64,000 bases of DNA from Lingula anatina (lineage: Eukaryota > Animalia > Brachiopoda), in contig CM120641.1 in NCBI GenBank assembly GCA_051362555.1, forward strand, positions 35,718,401-35,782,400, written 5' to 3'. The notes below the pieces were generated by a model. It worked only from the letters and a program-made list of their open reading frames with translations, was not told the origin of the DNA and did not search any database. Position numbers and translations under genes: made by a program. Numbering within the stretch: position 1 is the stretch's first letter; every line of letters starts with the position of its first letter. Positions 35,379-46,700 of the stretch are shown one piece after another.

Positions 35379-37144
35379 TGACGATTTAACGCCGACTGAT
35401 GGACTTATGTCGCTTGGTCTTACAAGTTTCTTACGGTCGCAAGCAGTCGGCAGCAGGTAGCTAGAAGGTTCCAATTGTAACTGCATGGTCGATTGGCGGT
35501 CCAAAGTACCTTGGCCGTTAACAAGTTTCTTACCGATCGCAAACATTCGAAAACATGTCACTGGAAAGTTGAAAGCGAGCACAATAAATCAGGCGTAGGA
35601 AAGTGGTCTACCAGTATTTGGGCGAAGACTATTCTTTTCATATTTTGTCATGGGTGTCTTCTAAATATCAAGATAACAAACCATAGTATTTTAGAAAATG
35701 AAAACAAAAATTGCATTTTTCCCAAAAGTTGCAAGTGGCAAGTATAACCGTTCAATATAACCGCTGAATCTTGAGTGACCTAATTTCATCCCCTCAAAAA
35801 CAAGAGCTGCAGAAGCGTAAAAGTGTCATGTGAAAAAATACGTCGCGATTACGAAATACAAAGTCATGATAACGACAAGATATAGAATGTTTTAATGTCA
35901 CTTGTCGGCTTTGATAAGGTTAGCGGAGCCAAAAAAGTTATTAAGCTCTCCTCATGAAAATTGCGGAAACTTTATTATTTAATTTCGAAATAATTCAATT
36001 GATAATATAATGATATTTATACCAAAAGGTAAGCTACGTTGTTTCAAAATTACCTAAATTAATTGTGATCAAGGAAAAAATTATTTGATTAATTTTTTAT
36101 TTGATTTATTTTGATTTATTTTTATGAACCTCTTCTTCATGAACATGTTTGAATTAACCGAGCAATCCTTATCCTGTGAACAGCAATGCCTGCGTCTGGC
36201 AAGTTAAGTAGCAAAGTTATTATTCGCACAAAATTTTATCGATATTTGTGTGCAGCACCATTTTCGCAGAATTTACGTTACATGATCTATTAATTAAATG
36301 CCGATGGCAGATTTCTAATAGTTAGGTGTCTTTCCTTCATATCTGGGTAGACAATCGGTAAAATAAAACAGAGTACAGTCCCGACTGTACTATGAAAAAT
36401 ATTCAACAGCGAGAGCTACGAAATAGGACCCGGGGCGGACGAACAACCTGTGTACATGTACAGTTACCCAAAAACAGTCCACCTACTAAATATCATTTTT
36501 TTAAACTATTTATCTCCTCCAAATGGGTTCTGCTTAGACAATCACTAGTGCCTATCTGCTTTACTTAGTGATCTAATTTTCTCAGTGATCTTATGCCTCA
36601 AATGCTCTCTCTCAACAATTTAATCATTGAATCAATATTTTAAAACAGCAGAAGCGATAAAGGCAATTTCATGTATGAGTGGAGAGAGAGATCGAAGCGG
36701 GGGACTAACATATTGACATAAAGTTTAGTATATGAGTATAGCCATTTTAATTTTACCTATTCCTTTTAAATCGTGCACATTGATACCTATTATCCAACCT
36801 TACCTTCAGCCACAGTATCACGAATCGAAGTCCATCAAAATGAAACCTGTTTAAGTATCTGAGAAGGTCCCAACGCCGTGGTGCTTTGTCAGAGCAACGC
36901 CAGCATCCGATCGTTAATATTGGTGACGTACATGTATGATTTAAAAAAAAAAACAGAAATTGATACAGATTGATTGACTATGAGCAAGAATGTCCAAAAC
37001 AAATAACGCAGCTATGTGCCTGCTTTTTACTATTACATGTCCGGAGGTAAAAAATTGATTAAAACATTGTTCCGCTTACAGAGGGGTGACATAAGTAGCC
37101 TACTGAATAGGCAGCGCCTGTGTAAATAGTGCTCTATATGTTAG

Positions 37145-37444
37145 ATCGCATTCACAACGAGTTGAGCAAGGCTTTACAAATCCTGGGGACTAAATATGGC
37201 GGACGTATATGAAAGAAAAACCGCCTAATCTTTTAATAGTCTCTCCGCCTCTCACACGCCTCCCCATGTGTCGTCCCAATGGAGCCGAGATTTAATGACT
37301 GTCCCCCCGCAGGGGCGACGTGTGGGGAGGCGTGTGAGAGGCGGAGAGACTATTAAAAGATTAGGCGGTTTTTCTTTCATGTACGTCCGCCATATTTAGT
37401 CCCCAGGATTTGTAAAGCCTGGCTCAACTCGTTGTGAATGCGAT
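37145..37444. mobile_element. 300-bp palindromic MITE
   Basis: ~133-bp arms with few mismatches (ATCGCATTCACAACGAGTTGAGC…). The core recurs at ~57830-57945 and a diverged full relative lies at ~62462-62738. Confidence 0.85.
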
Positions 37445-37554
37445 ACATGTTTTTCGGTTTATTGCTCGCTTTACCAGTGATAAGTTTTCAACCATGTGTA
37501 CTATAAAAGGTGCCTCCGAAGGTGAAAGGTCCTTCTAGTTGTCACGTTGCCACC

Positions 37555-38489
37555 ATGGTGAAGGTACGGGAGTTCACAAATGAAGAAAGAAATGAAATTG
37601 TTTCTCTGAGGGAGGAGGGTATCAATGTTACTCAGATAGCTACCAGATAAAGTGTATCTCGTCAGACTGTGTATAGGTTTGCAGATGGAGGACACTGGTG
37701 ATGCCCATAAGTTACACCGAAGTGGTCGCCCAAGGAAGGCTAATGCCAGAGACGACAGGCGCCTTTTTTATGCTGTCAAGGAGGTTGGAGCCGTGCAGGG
37801 AATTTGCGTTGAAACTTGTCGCGGAGTTTGCAGGTTGAGTTTAGCAAATGAACTGTAGAAACAAGGCTCCATGCTTCAGGTATTCAGAACAAGGTTGCCA
37901 GGAGGAATTGTTTTTTTCTGACGAGTCCATATTCACAGTTAACATCGTGGGTGGGCAAGTGAGGGTATGGAGAACATCGTCCACTTGTCATCTGCCAGAG
38001 AATATGCATTTTCTCACTAGACAGTCCACTTCAAAAATGGTTTGGAGGTGCATTGATTTCTACGGTATTGGTGAGGGGGTGTTAATAAGCGGAAATTTGA
38101 ATCACGATCGATACATTGAAATTCTAGACCAGCACCTTTTAGCATCGGTAGAAAACATCTTTGGGGACATTAACCATCCGTTTATATTTCAAGATAATAA
38201 CGCTACACCACACAGGACCAGGGCAGTGCAAGAGTGGCTTAGTCAGCATGGTGACAACAGGGTGGACTGGCCTGCCCAATCACCAGACGCAATCCCCCTT
38301 GAAAACCTGTGGCAAGATATTTGAAAACAAGTGGTTAAGGATCGCTCTTTTACCAGAAATGATCTAATCGAAAGTGTCTTCAGAGCCTGGGCCAACATAG
38401 CTCCCAGAAGATTAACGAACCTTTATCAGTTTATGCCTAGAAGGATGGTGGCCATATTGATATCACGTGGCTATCCTACAAAATATTAA
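37555..38489 (+). pseudogene. Decayed Tc1/mariner (DD34E-type) transposase
   Basis: MVKVREFTNEERNEIVSL…(HTH), RSGRPRK, FSDES, FQDNNATPH, WPAQSPD.IPLENLW and a C-terminal …RGYPTKY*. Has in-frame stops, frameshifts and an internal deletion. TATAAAA at 37502. Confidence 0.9.
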
Positions 38490-39070
38490 TTCTGACATAA
38501 TAACATGTGCTATGTAAGGGCAATGCACTGTTCTGTAAACCTAAAATAAAGATTGACACTTGACACAATCAGCTTTCAATAAAATGCCAATTGAAAAACT
38601 AACAAATCCAGCTGTTGTTCCCCTGAAAGAAAAAAGAAAAATGGCCGGCCTGCAATACTTTTGTCAACCCCCCCCCCCCCCCCCCCCCCCCCCCCGAAAC
38701 AAGCTTCAAGGGTTTCACGACATCAAAAGCATTTTCTCATCCAGTCATATGACATTTGACATTTTTTTTGTGGCCTTATGTCCCACGCGGGACGAAGAGC
38801 AATGATGATGATGATATGACATTTTAAGATGAAAATCCATTGTATTTAGTGGATGAAATATTAAGCTCTCCTGAAACAGAATAAACGAACAGCCAAAGAA
38901 ACACCTCTCCATTATTTACTTCGTACCCTTGTGATAATATAAATGTATAGGATGTGTACACGGCAACATACAACCGCAATTGTCCATTAAAGTCTACACC
39001 AAAATAATAGGGGGATGGAGTAGCAGAATTCACAAGTCAAGTGTGGGGCATTGTTCTTTGCTTCATTTCA

Positions 39071-39129
39071 ACTGAAACTTGATCATTGTATGACCAGAAA
39101 TTCTGGTCATACAATGATCAAGTTTCAGT
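39071..39129. repeat. Perfect 59-bp palindrome (29-bp arms, 1-nt spacer)
   Basis: ACTGAAACTTGATCATTGTATGACCAGAA-A-TTCTGGTCATACAATGATCAAGTTTCAGT. Confidence 0.95.
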
Positions 39130-40736
39130 CAAACGAAAAGGCAGGGGAGACCGGGGCTTGTAGGACTCCGGGATAAATTGACCAGTCGTCAGTTTATGAT
39201 CGTGAAAAAGGTCCCACGATACACAAAACTTGACCACATGATCGAGGAACGTGACCTTATCCAACAATGCCAAGAAGATATCGGACAGAAAGAAATATAC
39301 AGTACTTGAATGGTGATTCCAAATGAAACGTTTGCTGCATCTTTTAGTAACTTAGTTGAAGAGACTTTTAAGATCACTTTGTCCACTTGTGATGATATAG
39401 ATGCATAAGTGTGTACATGGCATCATACTAGAGCAATGTTTTTCATAAAAGTCTATACATACGACTACAGTGTTTAAAGATGCAAAAAGCCTGGAGTTAC
39501 TTGGGGCACTATTGGATTGGGGCAAATTGGACCCTAGAGACGACTTGCATCCAAGTCAAGGGTCCAAATTACCCCATAGGCCTTGCAATGCATAAAACAT
39601 ATATCATGGTAGTTGATGGTTTGATTGGAATTATTTGAAAAGATGCTGTTTTATTTTCAGGAAATTCAGTTTTATTGATTGAGGGGCGTGATTGCAGAGA
39701 ACAATAAGGAAGATATTTAAATAGCCTCTTTTAAAGTCAATCGATCAAACGAACAGTTACATTGTACCATGGCATATGTTCTAGAATGTTTTATAGCTTT
39801 GTACGATGGCTAGCTTTTACAATATGAAAGCAAATAGAGAGTGTAAAGCAGCAGAAATTCAGCTCCTCCTCCTTTTAGGAACAAAATCTTACTTGAATAA
39901 AACACACCCATGACTTTGCTTTTCCCATTTCAGGATGGAATTACACACGCTGAACAATAGCAGTGTCACCCCTACTGAACCAATACTATGGTGGAGATAA
40001 TGAACTCTTGACTTAAAAGTAACTAATAAAATTTCGACCTTAAACTGGTATCAATTAAACAATCATTTTATTTTTTAACATAAGATTCACAAGTGTACAT
40101 ATAATATGTATCTGCCCTTGTATTATCAGTGTGAGCAAAGTGTACTTTACGCATCGTTTTGTATTGAAAACATCGTAAACAAGCATACAAATGCCGAGTT
40201 TGTTATGTTGCATCATGTGCTTCTTTTTTATACTTGCCAAAGCAGAGTGTCTGCGTATTTAGCATGACGGGAAAACAGCGAAAAACACAAACTTCCAGTT
40301 TTCGTCGATTCCTTGAAAGTGTTGATTTCTTGAAAGGTGAGCCAATCTTTCCTTTGAAGAAATTTGCAGGATATCTTAGTAAAAAAAAATGGCCCAAGCA
40401 TCATCATTTATATCCATGCGATTGTTTGTTATTTAATGACAAAAAAGACCTCACTTCGGAGGACTTTCTTCACAGAATGCACCTCATGTATTACTTTACA
40501 CTGCAAAGTGCGTTCATTTAAAAGTTTTATTACTCAAGTCTTTAACGTGCAGGTCCAAGATTTCCTTCTTTTCATATCAGACGTATACCCAGCCTTTTCA
40601 CGCTTTCCGCGCTGTGTCCCCAAATTGTACACCTTTTTGGAAACGCTTCTAAAACAAAAAGTACGCGGCGGTTTCGTTTGCATCGCTTATCTCTCCATTA
40701 AATACCTTCCTACTGCATCCGATAACCTTTAAATTT

Positions 40737-43700
40737 TTATGCATCACTTTTTCCAGCTGGTTCAGCCTTTGCTGATCGACTTTGTATGTTGTCTTTAGCC
40801 CACAATGTATGGCGCTTAAAAGTCCCTATGTCAGAAGCAATTACGGACACAACCACGGAAACTACAAATATCACCCCAACACTTCCGGTGACAGCGGCGC
40901 CAGGGGCCTCCTTTGGTGGGTAGCGAGCGGTGCGCTTTTCTACCTTGATGGGGTGGCCTGAAAATACACATACTTGAATCTATTATCGCTAAAAAATTGA
41001 TGTTCTTACAAGCAGCAAATCTATCTGAGAGATTGGTTGAGATGCAATCCCATTTATACTTTGTGCTCTGCCACACCATTGCCAATATGCCCGCAATTAT
41101 GAGGACAATGGTTGTAATGCTTCCAAAGTTTAGGGTAAGTTTAGGGTAAGGGAAACCCTCCAATCGATACACATGAACTACGGAATGAAATTCCACGCGC
41201 ACCACACACAAATATGAACTGTGTCGCAAGACACGCTGGAAATTGAAAAGATCTAGGCGAGGCGAACCACCCCTGCAAGGAAGAGCGTGTAATTTCCTTG
41301 AGGAAAATCAAATCAGTAAAATGAAAGTGTAGATTTTTTAAACAAGCTAGCTGCAGTCGTGTAGTCCATATTTCAGAAGTCTGTAATGCCTTTAACTCAC
41401 TTGCACATACGATATCTGGGGGAAGCCAGTCCCCTTGAGCTGTGCATCTACTAAACCGCTGTGTATCGCCAGTGGAGAAAACATAACCGTCGGTGCAGTT
41501 GTATTCGATCTTGGTGTCGTACATCCATGATGTCTGGTTATCGTCCAGTGGCTGGCTGTAGTTTGCAAACACACCAACAGGTGGTGGCACAGTGCAATTG
41601 ATGACTGAAACAAGGAGATATACACTGTATAACGGTTGGTGAAAGTAGGCTTTAAAATGGTTTTTATTCACTTGATTGGCAGAAGCGAGTAGTTGCCTTA
41701 ACTGCATTTGACAACAGTACCAATAGTAAAAAATGCATCTGCATACGAATAAAGTGTGTACTATTTGCCTGCGGATTTTACGTGGTGAATTTTTTATGCG
41801 TTACGCTCTCGTCTGGAAGTATAACTGTTTTTAAAACGGAAAATAGAGGCGTGCAATTCTAACCCTTCACAAAATACACTTCGATTTCAACTACAGTAAA
41901 TAATCAAACATCCTACAAACCTTGACAACCAATGGGACTTAATGTAGGTGTCCAGGTTGCAGATATTCCACAGGTCTGGTTCCCTGTCTTAGAACCGTCC
42001 GGCATCATAAATCCTTTATCACATACATAAGTTGCCACGCTCTGGTAGGTCAGACCAGTAGAGTTGATGACTCCATTTGCGATTGGCGTCAACTGCGGGC
42101 AGGACACCGCTAGAACGCAAACTTAATAATTAGAATGCCTTCGTGATTTAATGCATTAATATATTATAGAACCTACACCACTGTTAAATTTTTACTAGAA
42201 AATTCTGAAGTTTGGGGTATCTTGCAGCTCTGAGAATCAGAAGGATAAGCCCTGTCTTGTGAATTTCAAAAGAAACTGACTAAATGATGAATACTTCTAG
42301 TAAAGGGCAAATATCGATGACCTTCCAAATGAAATGTGCGTTACACACCTACACAGGCTGGAATTCCCGTGACCGTCCATGCTCCAAGTTCATTACATCT
42401 GGTAGATCTTGTAACAGTGCCATCAGAAAACATATATCCACTGTCGCAGGTATAACCAACCACAGTGTCATAGGCTGTAGAGGAGGTATTGTAACTAGCA
42501 AACGTCACGTTCTGTACAGCAGGACAGGTGAATTCTGTAACATATCGAAGTGTGTCACTTATGTTCGTTTGAGCTAAAGGAAACTGCAAAGTCAAATCAA
42601 AACGCCACTGTAACCTCAAACCACCTCCTTATCATATGATAAGTCATGTTTAAACATTAACAAGCTCAAGCTGCTGATACTGATTGTAGTCTTGTATTAT
42701 CTAACTCTCGCGTAAAACTTATGTCTCACATGTGGCGTCAGACTGAAATGTGACAGTCATACTTACGGTCACAGCTTGCTGGTACGGCTGGTGACCATGT
42801 GCCGTCAGCCTGACATGACACAGTGTTAATTACGGTCACAGTTTGCTATTACGGCTGCTAACTATGTGCCGTCAGCCTGACATGTCACAGTCATACTTAC
42901 GGTCACAGCTTGCTGGTACGGCTGGTGACCATGTGCCGTCAGCCTGACATGTGACGGTCATAGTGGTGCTGCTGAGAGAATTAAACTGCCATCCACCGTT
43001 GCATGTCAATGTTACCGAGGTGCCATAGTTTCTGACTGCTGATGATGCTGTTGCCTGTACAACACTCAGAGCGGGACACTGCACGACTGGAAAAAGAAAT
43101 ATCCAGTTGCCAAAATGAGTTGTCATTATCTTTAGATAGGGACTTTAAAGTCGTTAAAGGTCATGACCATTTTCATTTTCCAGAACCAATGTGCTACGAC
43201 ACTTAAAACTGTATAAGCTGTTTTATAACAGGCAATACATGGGTAATATTTCAGACTTACAAGTACAGCTGCTTGGTATAGATTGGTCCCAACTGGCCGT
43301 GTTAAGGCAGTTTGCTGTGAGAACGGTGTTTGATGTTCCTGGTATCAAATGATTGGCATTGCAGGTAATGGTCACTACACTGCTAACGTTGTAATAGTCG
43401 GACAGGGTGACAGAGGCAGTGTTCGCTACATTAACAGGTCGACACTGGACAGCTGTAAAACATCATGTATGGGCAATAAATAAATGTGAATGAACAACTA
43501 CACCAACCACATAATATTAACTTTATTGTGTAAATATAATCAGATCATCTGACAATATAATACCAACTGGAAGGTATATTTGGTGGGCTTGGACAAATGT
43601 CAATGATCGAATTTTATCCATTGAAACACCTTGTGTTATCAACACTTACGCACGCACTCTGTGAACTCCTTATCCCAGGTTCCATTCTCTGTGCAGGTCA

Positions 43701-46700
43701 CTGTCTCGGTCAGCGTGTATGTAGGGTACATATAACCCGCATCACAGCTCAGACCCACTGAGGTATTGAAGTTGGTGTTGTTGTATGTGTCCACACTGCC
43801 CAGATTGATAGACGACGAATTCAGTTCTGGACAGGTGACAACTACAAGTAAAATAGAGAGTGTGAACTAATAGAGTGTAAGTGCTCTGACATTGTGGAGG
43901 TCTGATGAACAGTATTCTGCTAAGGTATGATTTTTTTTTTTGACATTATGTAAGTTGTGTGGTATTGACGTGCGAATTGAATGAGATGTGATGTACTAAT
44001 CTGTGTTAGTTTTGATATAGTTGATATTGGCTTTGTTGTGATTTACTATTAAAAATGTGTTAAGTTCCACTTACTTTGACAAGTCTGAGTTGCTGTCCAG
44101 TTCCCCCCAAACTGACATTCTACAGTGTAAGAATTGTTGCCGTCCGGTAAAACGTAACCAGGGGCGCACGAATAGGTGAGCACGGCACCGACAGACGAGT
44201 TGCCATTGAAGTCATTGACAGTATTAGACACATTGACAGGAACTCCACATGGGATCACTGAAATATAAAGATACGGTAAAGCAAATACACAGGCTGAATA
44301 AGCAAAAGCGTACAGGTTGCATACATGTGTCTAGGGCCGTGACCTTGCATCAAACACAACGAAAATGCAAATACAAATACAAATAACTGTATTAACTCGA
44401 GTGTGCTTTATTTGGCATGCATGGTCACCAATGCCCCTTCCACTCCCGGAACATTGTCTCGGACTGTGATTGGCGTCCTGCTCAGGTATCCCGCATTTGT
44501 CACAGCGATACCTCCCTTCAAAAACCGCATTTGAACTCACACGAATTGAATTTTTAGTACTATTTCACTGTGATTTACTTGGTCAGCCTTTGTCGGATAT
44601 TGCATTAACAGACGACCAGGGTTTTTTAATTTCTTACTGCTTATGTATAGTTTCTGCAGGTGGATGTTGCGGTATGGTATAATTGGGCCATACTTACTTC
44701 GGCATGAAGACGGGGTACTCCAATATGGTCCAAACATGCACTGACTGGACGTAGAACTGTTACCATCCGCCATCTCGTAACCCGCCACGCACGTGTACGT
44801 CACAATGGCGCCAACAGAGGAGTTGCTGGAGTAGTCATTGTTGGAATTACCAACAGTGGGCGGGGCATCGCACGGAGTAGCTATGAAGATAAAATGGCGT
44901 CACATCAGGGAATAAAAAAGGTGGACACGATACACTCATGTAGGTTTCACTGAGTATATAATGCATTTGACTGTTTACTGACTGTAAGCAGAGAAACATT
45001 TATCCAGACACAGAGCCCTGCGTCAGCCGCTGCGTACGTTGAAGGTAAACCAAGACCCAACGTGTGAATGTTCTGCTTAAAAAGGTATTTTTTAAATAAG
45101 TAAGCATCATACGGGTGGTTCAAAAAAGCTATATTGCGCAGGGATGGTGCATAACTTGTCTCAGGCAATCACAATTCAAATAAAAATAATCAGCGAAAAA
45201 ATAATGGGCGAAAAAAACGTGTTGTCATTTGTTATTTTAATGAGTGAAACAAAAAAAAGGAATTAAACTAAAAGTAACAAAATACCACCAAATTCAGTTT
45301 GCGTGGGGTACTTGGCGCCACAAACCCTCTCCTGTAACGTGAAACTTACTAGATAGCACAGTTCATTTGGTTTTTATAAACATTGACAAAACTGTATTAT
45401 TGGCATACTGTACCAGAACAGACAGGAGCTGCTGACCACGATCCTCCAATCTGGCATTCTATAACCATGCTGCTATTGCCGTCCGCCATAGAATACCCTG
45501 AATTGCACGTGTAGTTTACAGTGATTCCTACGGATGTGTTCCCGGTAAAGTCGTTGGTTGACTGGGAAATGTTAGCAGCTGCTGGACAAGGTACTTCTGC
45601 AATGACAACCCAAAAACGTCTTTTTGTAATGTTCAAGAACAAGAATTATACAAATAGGAATCTATAAATGTAGTATTACAGAAAAAAGAGGTTATAAAAT
45701 TGGTTATGGATGGTTTACAAGTTAAAATGTTTATATTGAGCCAAACTAGCTAAAATGAACCTACTCTGACATGTAGGAACTGTCGTATCCCAGTCCACCC
45801 CTGCTCCAGAGATGTCACATGTCAGTGTTTTAGTGGTCCCTCCTCCCGGTAGACCATACCCATTATCACAAGTGAACTGTACCACAGACCCAAACACGTA
45901 ATTGCCGCTTGTGTCATTGGCTGTGGCGTGGTTCGCTGCTGTCAGGGTATAGTTATTACAAGGTTGTGCTGAAAAAGAAATTAGAAAAAAATAACACGTA
46001 CAACTCTGTTTACTATTTCATTGAAGACGTAGCCGCAAATTTTTATTCTACTCTTTCTTTAATTTTTCTTAGTCTTAAAACAGATCCACCTAGAATATAA
46101 ACTACAAAGCTGACATTCGCACATAGCACAAAATCTTATTCAATCGGGTTATTTCCCAAAAGATCGATATCAGAATTTTGAAATTAATAAAACCCATATA
46201 CTGTATAAGAAAGTCCCAGGTCAAATAAGTAGGCTAATGATAGGGAAAATATTCTTTTTATACACAGGTGAATGTGACTAGTGCAGGTGACTCAACGGTT
46301 CAGAACCATTTTTTACTGTCAAATTACCATCACAAGATCCGTTGCTGGCGTCCACGTCATAGTTACCACCTGCATTACAATTAATAGTGCCTCCAAATCC
46401 CGAGAGCTGGTATCCTGATGGACAAGTGTAGTTTACATGCCCACCAATAAAACAGCAGGTAGCACTACACTGACTGTACGCCTTTGTTGCCTGGGCAATG
46501 TTTGGTGACGCACCGCAAGGAGCAACCGCTATGAAACAAACGAGCAAAAAAGCTGCCGTCAATGACTTAACTACTCCCCAGTGTATATAACTGATACTGG
46601 AATAGCTATTGACGGACGTATTTGGGATTATTAGAATGATAGTTGCGTAAAATGTGACCATTACCATTAAATTGGTGATTTTGTGACGGAACTAAGCTGT

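Noticed and set aside
40831-41707. Long minus-strand ORFs (132 and 188 aa) as stand-alone proteins
   Set aside because: They are exon-plus-intron read-throughs or off-frame readings of the CCP11 and TM exons, which have clear splice sites.
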